A DNA stretch of 64,000 bases. It comes from Pavona decussata. Taxonomy: Eukaryota. The DNA lies in contig CDRNST010000226.1 in assembly GCA_977016875.1 (NCBI GenBank), positions 1,240,001 through 1,304,000 on the forward strand, given 5' to 3'. Positions 35,902 to 49,600 of the stretch are shown piece after piece (position 1 is the first letter of the stretch; each line of letters begins with the position of its first letter). A model generated the notes under the pieces. The model was not told the origin of the DNA. It saw only the letters and a program-made list of their open reading frames with translations, and did not search any database. The translations under genes were made by a program, and so were the position numbers.

Positions 35902-38224
35902 TTGCACGGGGTCTTTTGCCGAATATGGCTCGAAAAAAAAACCCAAGGTTGCAATTTACGGGCTTTGGTTTTTTTCTCGATACACAAGAATTTCGTGCCA
36001 CATGATTATAAACTGAGCGCAACTGCACAAACCCAATTTTTATATATTATACACCTTGTTGTGAATAATTCCCCTATCGTCGCCGCACTTTATGCATACT
36101 GATGAGCCTGAATTGTCCCCTGCGCGCAACCTAACGGAAATTCGTGATAACAGGAGACCATGGGTACCAGATGATAACGGTAAAAAAATCCTACCTTTTG
36201 CACGAAAGACAAAATATATCACCGAAAACTAACCTATCAAGAAACTATAACTTAGTATCAGTTTGCTAGTTGTTCCTTTGTACCGGCCTATTCTGACAAA
36301 AAACAGCAAAACTGATTTCATGTGTTTTACAAGAGAAGAATAACTATTTGCGAGATCACCGATTACAGGTGTCTATTTTGCCATTTGTTTACTTTCTTCC
36401 AAACTCAGGACACTTTCACAACGAGGTGCTGAAAACGTGACTTTGTCCATATATTATCATATATAATTAGGTGCGCTGAGAATGAAAACAAGTTACGTAA
36501 TCCGGGCCTTTACAAAGTTTGTCTTTTCAAAGCCTTTCACAAAAACATCTCTTCACATTTTTTGGAAAATATTAATCAAGAGTGGCTTGAGAACATAAGT
36601 TAATACGTTCTTACGATCGTGTAATCAATACACGATAGCCTTGCTAAAGTGAGTGGACAACGGTTCTGTTTGATTCATCAAGCGTGGGACCCACTGTCCG
36701 GAGGCAGGCATGATTATTAGCTTAGATGATACGTTAATCGTGTGCTTATCGATGCACTGATACGATGTACGAGCTACGTCGAGAGGTAATTTCCGTCGTT
36801 GCGTCCTCCCATTTGTGTGGGCTACGCATGCAAGGTTTCTTGTGATCCGAGAGATCTACCTCTAAAGCCAAATCTTCTTTTTTTTTTTAATACCTAAACC
36901 TAAATACCTTCCAAGCTACTTATAAACACTATCAAGTGGCGGCAGGCGCCTTAGTTTTTCTAGTTTCATAGTTTACTCGTGCGGCCACCGTCAGTCAAGC
37001 GCCCTTCCTCGCTAGTTAAAAAATGTTAGGAATACTACTACAAGGGACAATAAATTGTCCAAAACCGAGCCAGTTTGTTGATGCTAGAGGCCAAAATGTA
37101 AAATTTTAAAGCCATTCCAAGGGCATATTAAAAAAATACTAAAAACGGAACATCAAATATATCACATCGGATGAAAAAAATAAAATAAAATAAGAAGAAT
37201 ATCAAATTTGACGTCAGGACTTGGTTAGCCTCTTCTAGATCAGAAATGTGAAGTACTACTAAAACTGTAAGAATCATTTAACACAGTAGACAGCACTTGA
37301 GCCCATGAGACTTAAATATTGTATTTTTCTGAATGGTTCTGTATTTCTAATTTTTTTCCGGCGGGGAGGGAGGGGACAGTTTTATAATCCTTAACTTTTT
37401 CGAATCGTTTTCACGAAACATCAGAAATACGCATAAGTTTTTAGAGCTAAGTTTAATAAGTCAATTTAAAAATAAATGACCAAAATAACACCAGTCTCGC
37501 TAAACGCAACCTAACCACACAATTGCTTATGTCAACTCAAAATCAAATAGTCCGGAAGCGGAAATGAACGTTGATATATCACAGATCACAACAGGTGGAG
37601 AACGGACACGCGATGATTGCCGTACAAGGTATACAGAAGTGCGTTTACAATAGGGGGCAATTTTGTTTCAAAGCTCCGCATTGAATAACATGGAACTTGA
37701 GCACAAAATGTTATGTACGAACTAAAATAGAGTACAATGATCAAGCGAAGCAACGAAGTACTTTGACAAACACCACAACAATTTCAAAAAATAAGAACGT
37801 TATAATTAGCACACAACAACACAAGGTTGTTTTGTTTTACGATTTGTTTTTCATTTTTGCAAGAATGTTTGGGTTATCTCAGGCGACCTTGAGACTTTCA
37901 TCTTCTTTAGCTTTTCAATAGCAGGGCACGCACGCACCGCACACTCTTGCAAGATCTTTATAATGCGACCGGAAATTGTGAAAATGCGACTAAAGAAAAC
38001 AAAAACAGGCATCCTTGTTGGTAAATATTTTGCTGGTAAGCACTACCAACATATAAGTTGACGAGATAAACGACATTTGGCTAACGGATAAAATCAAACA
38101 AGATTGTAGGCGTACGTTTGCTCTTCAGAGAGGTACAAGCAGAATATTGCATGCTAACATTAACATTCTAAATGGGAAATCCAACCACGAAACTCCCTCG
38201 CAACGAATGCACTGAACAATAGAG

Positions 38225-41200
38225 TGCGTGGGCCGAGTGAAGATCTCAGAACATTGGTAGCTAGCTGGTGTACACAGCACATGGGACTTAATTGAATATC
38301 ATTCCTTTATTAGCATTTTATGGAAACACAGCTTTTTAAGTCTGTCCACGTTGGCCAGTTGTTTAGATGAAACAAATCTATTCGCTAACCATGCGATGCT
38401 CACAGGCCGCGTGGTCTTTACCTGGGTGTGTGGGCGACTGCTGAGGAATAGTGGACGATGATGACCTGCCTTGCATCTAAGTTTGAAAGATTTACGAATA
38501 TCCAGTGTAAAAACGCAAAGGTGTCTGTAGCCAGGTTTTCCTCGCGAAGCTTGGACCTGGATACGAAAAATAAATGAATAAAAAAATAAATAAATAAACA
38601 ATTTGTTACCAAATTGGATAAGATGACAAATAGTACTGTACATTAGCACTCATTAAAGGGGCAGTATCATGGGAGATCGATGGGAGATATCGTGATTTTT
38701 GGCCAAAATTCACTACTGAAATTTAAACTTTGAACATTGTGTTAACTAATTTCTGAATCGCTAATTTAAAGAAATGTTAATAGTGATTCTAAGACGAAAG
38801 GTTGAACCAAAATATAGTACAACCGGCGATTTTTAGTACGTTACAACAGCGAAATTTGAAAACGTCCGCCAGACGTTTTCAAAATTTGAACCCCTCTCTA
38901 TCTTGGTCATCTGCCGGCGAAAATATCCTTGGATAGTTTCTTTGCATTCTGATAGTCTTTTAATGGAATTTTGTCATTATATCTTGGCTGCTATCAACCG
39001 AATAGCGTCTTTCCGATTTTCGATGTGTTACTAAAAATAGCGTGATACTGTCCCTTTAAATGGTGTCACTTTAGGCTTACAGATCCGTAGATCAGTTGAT
39101 ATTATTGATAACAGCGCTTGTGCATTTCACAAAATGCTTTATTTTGCTCCTTATTTTCCGAGTAAAGATCGTTTTTGTAATGTCGGAAGAAATTGGAAAC
39201 AATTATCAACAGTTTTGTCGGTTGTGTTGTCAACGTTCAATTAAGCTCTAACTGCGCGCTGTCTTTGAGACAATTGCTTCCGGAAGCATCCAAATCAACT
39301 TCCGGTTTAATCTATAGCATGTGGACGCCCAGCATAGCCAAAGCTATGTTTAACCACGTGACCACCCACGCATCCGTACTCGAAGATCGAAGAAAAATTT
39401 TTGCATTGAGAAATGAATAAATAGATTGATCACTCTCCCATGAAACCGATGAAAGCTGGGAGGTCAGCATTGGTTTAGTTTATCGTTTTAAAAGTTGACT
39501 TGTCTGTCGCCGTCAGCCAAAGACGACCTGTTCTAGACGGAATCCAATACTGCGCTGAGAACGTTTACATCATTACCACCAAATAAAGTGAACCAAGCAG
39601 ATTATCGACACTTGCCGACAATGTTCGGGATTGGCTCGTATTTGTTCGGAAATGGTTGTCATGGTTTTGTTGTGGAATAATTTTGCCCTCCCACGCAAGT
39701 ATCACGCAGGTCTGTCGTTTTTCATTACGAATGTTTAACGAGCCGTAACGCCTACGATTATATGCATAATTGGTTACAACACCAAAACCGTACGCACAGG
39801 CGATCGGTAGCTCATTTCGCACAGTATTTGCCACACGAGGATACACAGCCCTGCGGTGTCAAAGCAGTTCAGAAAATATCAGGCCATTTCCAAGCGCTGA
39901 AGCCAAGATCTAACAAGAAGACCTCTCCACGCGATTCGAATTGGGCATGTTAACAATGGCAAATCCACGTTTTCCCGCTTATGAAGGTAACTATTTTCTA
40001 AACATTTTTTAATAAGTCCTACTGGACGAACGTCGTGTCATTGGTGGATCAGTATTCAATCGCAGGAGAAAAAACATAACTCCGTGGGCAGAAATTTCGA
40101 AACATTAGATATCTTGAACCATGTGAAAAAAATTCTATTTCTCTCGCGCTGTGCCGCTGTTTGGATATAATTTACACGGTTTAAACTGCCCCTTCATCGC
40201 ATGAGTGACCATCACTTCACCTACACATATAATTTGCCCTTATAGAATAAGCTCAGCTTTGTGTAAATAGAAACGTAACATAAAGTAGGGCATTCCTATA
40301 GCACCAACGTAGTAAATGACAACAGTTTCTAGAACTTGTAGGCTGTTTGAAGTGTGTGTCAGTCACATCGGAAACGCTTTCCCACACAGATCACTTGTAT
40401 ATATAACTTTTGCTCGACTAATACGTGTGTTGATTTTTTTGGAGGTTTGACTTAATCTTTTTGGCGTAATATCCTCGATTTTTAAAACTATTGTTTCAAA
40501 CCGTTAAAGCTGAAGACTGTATACTCTATAAATCTTAAAGCTCAAGAAAGTGGCAAGAGTGGATACTTGTGCGCAGTTATTTTTCAAAGAGAAGTCTGTT
40601 TTGAAGGTTCTGTTCAATAAGAAATATATGCAGCACTCGCCCACACGTTTCTGTCACATTCAGTAATCCTCGATAAACTACTGGGAAAAGAAACTCAAGC
40701 TCATTCTCCATTTAAAGTTTCGCAGTTGAAAGTGCTTTCTTCCGGGTATCAATTGGTAACATTAACGAAAGGCTGAATTCCTGTGTCCAAAACTTCAAGT
40801 CATATATGTAGTCCTCCCAACCGACGTGCGTGGGTGTTATGAAGATCTAGTGACTTCGACTTAAAGCAGGCGCTAAACATTATTTGTCATAATCTTCTTT
40901 TTTTCCCTTGAATTCCTTCGGCGAAACAGAAACTTAAAGCCAATAGAGACCTTCGCAATAACAAGGGTTGTTTAAGACGAAAAGGTGGGCACACTGTAAG
41001 CCTGAAAAACGTTACGTTGCACAGATGAACTCCCCCAGTCCCACCCTTCTGGTTCAAAGGGGTAACCTCCTTGGACGTTTATTTTTTTTTTATTGGTATT
41101 TTATTCATTGCATCTTTTCTCAAACACTGGACTCAGTCAGATGCAGCCGCCGTTTTCGTGAAGGGATTAACCTATTTCATAACATCACATTGATAAATTT

Positions 41201-41239
41201 ATGATAAATTCAAGTCGACTCCGCAGTTTGCGCCCACGA
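38225..41239. promoter_or_regulatory. Homotypic cluster of EGR-type sites (candidate distal autoregulatory enhancer)
   Basis: Seven GCGTGGGCG-like sites in 3 kb, at 38225, 38427, 39363, 39688, 40638, 40827 and 41231. Confidence 0.55.
38657..39055. mobile_element. Kolobok-like MITE, copy 2
   Basis: TTAA on both sides (38653-38656 and 39056-39059); TIRs AGGGGCAGTATCA / TGATACTGTCCCT. Confidence 0.7.
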
Positions 41240-44200
41240 GTTGCATTTGCCACGCAGCTGCTCTCACAAAGCCAACAGCGTAGCTCGACTTAATAAAAAC
41301 AAAACTTTTTTGTTTTCTTGATGACCTGAAGAGTGAAGATGACTTAAATAATAAAAAATTCATCTTAAAAAAAATTCGACCGGGGACGCAACGGTTATAT
41401 AGCGGAAACGAAGAAAACCCACAATTATATTGCAACCAGGACGAATAAAAAGAGACATCTTTTTCATTTTGGTCAATCCTCTACCTCAACATGGGTGTGT
41501 ATTACGAATAAAAGTCCTCATACAGTGAAAAAAAAAATAGAGTGTGAAACATACAAAAATTCAACATCAATTGAAATAGAAATTTAGGAGTGACCTTCGT
41601 AGGAGTGCTACCTGCCATAAACTTTTACCTTTGACGCAAATTGGAGCTCTATCACTAAGGACCGTATTCAGTTCTTTTGTTATGAACCACAGGTAACCAA
41701 AGCAATAGTCAGGCTACGTTGTAATATAGACTAGTCCGGGACACGCAACTGCTGAAATTTCGCAAGACTTCAAATTTGAAATTAATACGAGGCAGCTTCT
41801 CAGTAAGTTAAGGACACTTCACGGGGGTTTAAATACATTCACTTCACGGGTTTAGTTTGTTTGCAAGCTATTTGCCAAAAGCCCAAAACTTGACAACACC
41901 CGGGTCAAAACCAAAAAAGAGGGTCGTAAGAAACTGAAGTGTCCACTGTCTAAGCGCAGTCTCCAAATCAGAGAAGAAGGTCATATTTTTCTAACATGAA
42001 CCTCCCAAGAAATGTTTTCTAACGACCCCATGCAAACCTTACCAGTTCTAAGACGTTCATCTCTGCTTTTCCAGGTTTTCAGTGATATCCTCTACTTGAA
42101 AATTACGTTGCTATGTTTCAGTATGGTTTTTTTGAACTATCTCTGACGTAATGTGAGAGTTTCGAAAGAATAAAACAAGCCCACATGTAAAACCTGCCAT
42201 TCTTCTCAGTAATCGTAGCTCCAGGCTAAAAAAGTATAATGGATTCTATAAGCAGTGCTGCTTATGCACAGTTTCGTGGAATTCCGCGTAGACACTGTGT
42301 ACTTAACTTATTACTTATAGCTGGTGTTGAAACATTAAGACTAAATTAAGTAAGAAATATATATATAATATATCCCAGGCGCTATGGTTCTTTATGGCTC
42401 TCAGAGAGTTTAACATTGGGTGCTTCCTCCCGCCTTTTCTGCTAAACATCTTTTGTTTAATAATTAGCCCGATTCATAGGCGCAACATTTTCTCACAATA
42501 ATATAACAATAATAATTTAATATTTATATAGCGCCTATACATCGCTGTTCCAAGCGCAAGATCAACATGGTAGTGTACATCTCGTCAAAACAAAAGTACT
42601 GGCTTAACTTCAGTGAATACAAGTAAAGCTTCCACGAGCCTAGCCCCTGCGCTAAAACAAATAACGAAATTTTTCTTTGCATGTAGTTAGTGTTGCTCAG
42701 TGATGTGTGGATTAAGGCCAGCTCACGCGCTTTTAACACGAAAACACAAAATTGTAATAGCTCAGTGATGTCGAATCATTTTATGTTTGTTCAATCAATC
42801 ATATAAAACTGACCGGAAGTTAATTCTTAGTAGCATTTATAGGATATAAAACTTGGTACGTCTGTATTCTTTTCCAAAACCCTTTTACTATTTAATTAGT
42901 TCCATTCATAGGCGAAAATGTTTTCCACAAGAGACCACGCTTTTTGATGGAGACAATTACACGGTTTAACATGTTATGTAGGGTAACATTGCTTTAAAAT
43001 CACTAGTAACTCAAACCTAAATAACGACATTTAACAATGACTTTTACGGAAAAACTACCATGAAATCTACATTTCACGTTAAGGAAGTAATGAATTCTGT
43101 CAGCTTTGCCATTCATGCCTGTGGCAACTTCGTTCAAACCGCATGGATCAGAAAATGTTACAACAAAAGCACTTAAAACTTAAGTTAGAAAATGTTGAAT
43201 CATTATGGATTAAAAAAAACGAATTAAATAAACCGAGGCGCTTTATAAGGATGCAAAACAAGATGTTTTCTGTGCTGTGCTCAGCTTAACTTAAACGTCG
43301 TTTTTTTTTAATGATCCCTAACAAATCCAGACCTTGTCACGGTAATTTTAATTCAAATAGGACAGGAAAACAGAAATCTATCGACACTGCTGGACAGAGC
43401 ACTATAAAATTACTAAAAGGACAAATTTTGTGAATTACATCGTTTAAAAAGACGAACTCGATATAGCTGACTAATAAGGTGCTTTTGTATAAGGATTTCG
43501 TTACCCGGCCAAGATAACAATATAAATTGAATTTAACATGGTCTATTCAATTGTCGACAAAATTTCACAAGAGAGTCATGCTGGTTAAAGAACCAATTTC
43601 TTAAGCACTATTCTTTGTTTAATGGCGCTTAAATTAACATCAATTTAAACGCTAAAAATAAAAGGGCCGATAAACGGAATCGTAACCAGAGAGCGGGTCA
43701 CGCTATTCTGTTTAGCACGAGGTCCATTGACAGAAGCCTACAAGGAACAATCTAGGGTAGCTGTTTGCTGATCGTTGCTCGAGCTTGAACTGGCCAGCAA
43801 GTTTGATTCCAAGATTGATCGACCTTCCATCAACACCGAGGCAAAATCCATGCACGCTGTTAGGGCAAGCCGCTTACAAACGAAACCAGGTTTGCACTGT
43901 AACAATAATTCTGCTCGCAAACTATTGTAAATCTGTACAGGATACGAACCTGCCGCTGGTAATTCTTACTAATCGTTGCGTTGCTGTTTCATCTCGATTC
44001 ACTGAGTTAGAATAACGAAATATTGGTCGGTGGCGCGAAAGTTCCAAAGAAGTTTCTTTCCGTAACAGAAAGTGTGTATCAATGGCTTTACATAAGGAGT
44101 GTCTTCCTCTATAGTGACTTCAAATCTCATATGGCGTCCTTGTGTTAAAATCCTAATTTTTTTCCTTTCGAGAGTTTATTACCACATTAATGTGTCGTGC

Positions 44201-46204
44201 ATCTGCAACCACCTGCTTTGGATACACAGCTGTTTAACCCTCAGTGTTTAATCAAACACCGGCGATGCTCAACCATGACACCAGTCGCCTCATTGCCACT
44301 CCTCTCGTATATGGAAGCCACGTTGATACAACCCGTACTTCGTGGTTGTGACTGAATGCGGCTTGCACCAACGTGTTAACAGTATTTTTATGCCTTTGTA
44401 CACTTTATTTTGAGTTACGGAGTTGCTTCAAACTGCAGGAGACCAAAACCTCCAAAAACACCGATACAAGTAATTTTAACTTCATCGTAGTCGAGCGGGT
44501 TCGTGAAACGCCAGTCAAACTGAATTTAACCACTTTACTAGGATACCTATTCAAGCTGTCTTTAAACCACTATTCATTGTACGCACTCCACAGTAAAGAT
44601 GCAATATCAGGCCGGCCTTTCGAAAAAGAGAAACTGTTTGGGAACTTGTAAAAGAGGAAGGCTTACAGTTTCTTTACAGAAGCACTGTCAGTGCTGATCA
44701 GCCGGTAGAAAAGTAATAAATTAAGACCGCGATCAAAAGTACAGTGTAAATAAAATTAGTTCAAAAACTAGTGTCCTTCGCAAGACTTAAACCGTAAACT
44801 GACGTTGACTGTCCAATGAAATCTGAAAGAAGACAAATGTCCACATAGTTTTAAAAAGGCGTGTTAACTGCAGTTTTATTTAAAGAGTAAATAAGTTCTT
44901 TAGATTTATTGTAGGACTGATATTGTTCACGAGTCTCTCCGGCCGACTCTGCGGAGGCCGGTGAGATCTCGCTTATTCACTGATGCACCAAATCAATAGT
45001 CTGCCCTCCCTGTAAATAAAACCGCAACCAAAAGAAAGTTTAGTTAATCGGCAGAAGAGAACGCAAAATATTGTTTTAAAACCAAGTGAACGAAGGAAGA
45101 TTCAAAATGAAAGTGTAGTTCATTGCCGCACGAGGACTTTCCCTCTTTGACTGTACTTTCCCAAACAATGAAGCTAGTCCTCGAATCCTTTTTTTCTAGT
45201 AAAATCTTTTCTTTTAAGATTGGAGGTCGTTATTTCTCTAAGTCCATTTCAAGGGATTGTTAAACTGAGCACAAAATACCCGCGGCATATGCAATGATTA
45301 GAGCACTACCACCGATCTCTATTGAAACACAACCATGCATGTGCTCTTTGAATATTTGGCAGATTTATCAAACGTTTGTTTTGAATTTGGTACAGCATTC
45401 CCTGAATGCTTAACTTACAAGTCTTGTACACCAGATTGGCAGGAAGATAAAATAAAAAACCTGCCGTTTGGAAGAAAAAAAATTATCACTTACTGACCCA
45501 TGTAACCGTGAAGCTCCTCTTCTTTGCCAAGCCTGCCATCACTCTTTCTTGCACAATGCCATCAAGTCATAAGAAAAAGCGAATATATTCTATCATAAAT
45601 GGTGACTCGTCCCTCGTGAGAAAGTCATGTACTTCTGAACCATGTTGTTAAAGGCTTAAAAGTTTAAAACAATCGGTTTTCGATATTTTATATCGGTCTT
45701 GATCACTGTTTGTAACCGAGTTACTCAGTGAGTGTATGTCATATAAACACACTTAAACTTATTATACCACACAACCGATCGAATCATAGTATTTGCTTTT
45801 CACTCCCACTTGGACAGAAAGCATTAGTGAAGGATTTTGTTCACTTTTCTCCGATCTACGTAGGCGTAGAACTCTTCTTTCCTCTTTCGTTTGCCTTGCC
45901 CCCTATAGCACTGAATGAACGTGGCTACTACAAAAGCTGGTAGATTCGGTGGACCCATCAGTCACTTCAGTATTTTGTGTAAGGAACAATTGCTGTTTGC
46001 ATGATAGTCTGTGAGACATCACAAGGCTATTGTTAGAGGTCTATACCTCAGTTAAGTTTTTATTACAGTTGTCTAAAGTCGGCATCAATTAAGTTAGAGC
46101 CGATATGAATGACCACTGTTGTTGTGATCCGCGGGGCTAAATTGGTGCAACAGGGTGAGTGAATGACACTCGCGGCCCTGTAAAAATCATCTTACAGTGA
46201 GCGA

Positions 46205-46673
46205 CTCTTTCTTGATTGATTACCTTACCGCGTTATTGGCCAAGCTCTTTCAGTGTTAGCTCAGAGGTTAAACAGCCGGAGTTCTGCGAGACTAAAAAGA
46301 TTGATCGAGCAACTGTGCGATTTGATAATCACAAATGTTTACACACTAACTTCTTCCTACTAACTTGAATGAACATTCAACCTCCAAATCTCGCTGTTAT
46401 AACCAGGAACGTGACAAATTTTACCATCAAGTGGACGTAAGATCTCTCTTTCTCTCTTAAATTACCTTACCACGTTGTTGGCCAAGATCTTTCAGCATTA
46501 GCTTAGAATTCTGTAAACCGACTTAAAAGGTTGATTGAACAACCTGTGATTTAATCACGAGACGAATTTACACACCAGCCACTGAATTTCGGTCTTAACA
46601 ACTCGATTCAACATTCACGGAACCTCCAAACTGCACGTCTATAGCCAGAAACTTAACTGTCCAGTGGGAGTAA
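46205..46673. repeat. Diverged tandem duplication (~235-bp unit)
   Basis: 46205-46440 and 46446-46673 share ATTACCTTACC.CGTT.TTGGCCAAG.TCTTTCAG, TTTACACAC and AACATTCA..AACCTCCAAA. Confidence 0.8.
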
Positions 46674-49600
46674 AAAACCGCGTCACTAGTTCTAAAGAAG
46701 AAAAAAAAATTTTGCAACTGGTATATAGTACACGAAAGGAACACATCACATGTCACTTGTCAACAGTTACGGAGTGAATTTCAGTCAGCTCGAACGTACT
46801 ATCTCGTTCCTAGAGCAATTACGCTTTTCCTTTTCATTTAACACTGAGTCTAAATAGACCAAAAGCAGTAATAATCAAGTAGCTCTCCTCGATACTGTTA
46901 ACTTTAAGAAAGCGGCAGCGAGAGGACTAATCTTGTCCGGCGGCAGTACAGCAGACCGAAGCGAAGTTTGTCAGTTATTATTACTGTTCATGTATGAGGT
47001 GTAAACAGAACCTTTGCATTGATTCAGCAGAAAATGTTCATATCGAACTTTGGACACATTGATATATAATCTCCACCATTCATCTTAGTGATTTTACAGA
47101 ACGTTCAGCATTTTCAAGGCCTTCACCACTCTAGACTCTGATCATTCATTACTCTTATATCCATTCAATTATTTTTTGTTGTGCAGTAACTAACACTTCA
47201 CCTGTACTACTGAGGTACAGTTGTGTTTCTTAAGGCTGATCGTGCACGCCAAAAACTCGTCACTATCTAAACCCCTCAGAGACAAGCTTCGCGGAAACTG
47301 TTTCCGTTTATTTGCAGTAAAGAAATGCAGAGCTAAAATGTGTAATACCCAAAGATTCGGCTGTTCAAGCCAGCGTCCTACAACACATTAAACGACGTTT
47401 TGTGTTTCATATTTGGGCGCAAATGTATCTTCCATCGAGTATCTTCACATTAATTGTACTAAATAATCACTAACAACGTCCCATTTTAGATTAAATCGCC
47501 TTTATTAACTACATGCAAGCTTCTGTGCAATACATGTACTTGGCTTATTTATATACTCGTTAAGTGTATTATTAAAAGTCTAAAGAATAAACATACACTG
47601 AATGTGCCATGCTGCTGGTTGAGCAGCAGGAAAAACGGAAACGTTTTGACCATTTTCCCCCAAATCAAGGTTCAGTGTTTGAAACTCCAAGGCTAAATTA
47701 TCAACTGGCAACTGTTTCTGATAACCAAATGCGTCAAAAAGAGGCCTGTAGGAAGGAACGTCTGATTGTTACATAATAACTAAACGCTTTTACAACAACA
47801 TTCCGTGAATGTGTATTTCTGATTAATCGTTCAAGAGAAGGAATGATCTCTATTTCGATCAGTCATTCAACGACAATGCTCACTGTCCTCCACGAAGTTC
47901 AGTTAGTTCTGTTTTTAAAGGTGTCGTCCTGTTACCCTTCGGCGAGGACTGAATTCACTATATTTCCATACCAAATTGGCTGACTTGGAGCTTATGGCAA
48001 CGGCTTCCTGAAATGGCCAAGGGCATAACCACCAAAACTTGTCCTTTATAGCTATCTCCATGCCATTCATTCAGTGTTTCTGGCCAAGATCTAACTAGGT
48101 TACCACCGAAGAACGCCGCAACGAAATCCGTCGTGGAAACATTAAGTTATCAATCGACGACATGGAACTGAGTAAAGGAACTCAGCCCATCAAACGCAAA
48201 CTGTGAAGGGAAAGGAGGGAATTTCATAACTCGGTAGATTCTTAGTCACGTGTTGTACGAGGGCCGGTAAAAACCATGATTGACATCAATCTAAACCAGT
48301 CAAACAAAGGACACGGTTGGCGACACGTCTTAAAAAGGTGAAAGTCGAACCTGTTTGATTGGTGCGACGGCAGGTCCAAGTATCAAAAAGTATTCTGCCC
48401 TGTTCTGAAATAGTAGCACTAACCCCGACGGTGTATATCAGCATGATCTCGGTAAAGAACATATTAGCGTCATAGTCAATATGTCATCTTTAGAGCCAGT
48501 TTTAACTTACAAGTGACGCACGCTTTAGCAAAGTGTCCTGTCGCTTTTGTTGCATGACCGACGTTTTTCAGTCTTGGAACAACAGTGTATATCCGTTTCC
48601 TCTTTGCGAAACAAACAGTAATGAAATCCAAGAGAAGTCCATGAGCTTACACTGGGGGAGGGGGTGGTGATTGTTATCAGGTTTTAAGCGTCTGAGATTT
48701 GGGGGGGGGGGGGGGGTTACAGTCGGAATTTTACGGTAACAGCTTAGAAACAAATTGTTGTACCTATGATGGGCGTAAGGTGGAGGATAAATAGAGGAGT
48801 ACCCCTTTGTCTCATATTCGAGTGGTTAGAGAAGAGCTCTTAAAAAAACTCCTTAAGCTGACATAACGAATGAAGTTTTCCCGTAGTGTCGTACGTTTTA
48901 CATACAACGTTTTTCATCTAACAGAGTTCTTGTAGGAATATCTGGTAGGGCATGACGATTTCGATGAGGTCATTAAAAAGAGCATGGTACGACACAAGCA
49001 TACACTGTCAATATTCGCTTGCTCGTTTATAATATGAAACACCCAATAAACAACCACCTCGTATTTGCAAAAAAAGATACTTAAACTGTCGGTGAAAGCA
49101 TTCATTTCGTAAAAGATAAGGAAGGTTAGAGGTAATAAGCTGTACTCGAGTGAAGCGCTTAAAACTGTTTTCGTATCTTCTCATAATCTTTGGTAAATAG
49201 CTGAAGATAAACAAAAGCGCCCGACGCTTTGTTTTCCTGTTTGTAACCTACCAGCATAAGAGTTGATAACAAATATCGTGATATCAGCCTGCAGATACAC
49301 ACCCTCTCATGCCTCACGTCACATGATGAGTCAAATCACATTATATTAGCCTATCAATATTTCGCGTGAATTGATTTGTTGCGTAGAGCAGGAGACGTTT
49401 CTTTTTTTTTTTTACTGTTCAAAACAATACGGCAAGTACAGTATAGAGACATACACTAAGCTAAAAATAAATTCACCCTCAGGCTGCATGCAAACGTGTC
49501 TGCACAGACTGAGTGAATTTTCATGCCAGTAGTGATTGCCGTGTGGGTTAGACACGGTTTTTGTTTAAATGACGAGACTTGTGTGAGCTAACTATCTAGA

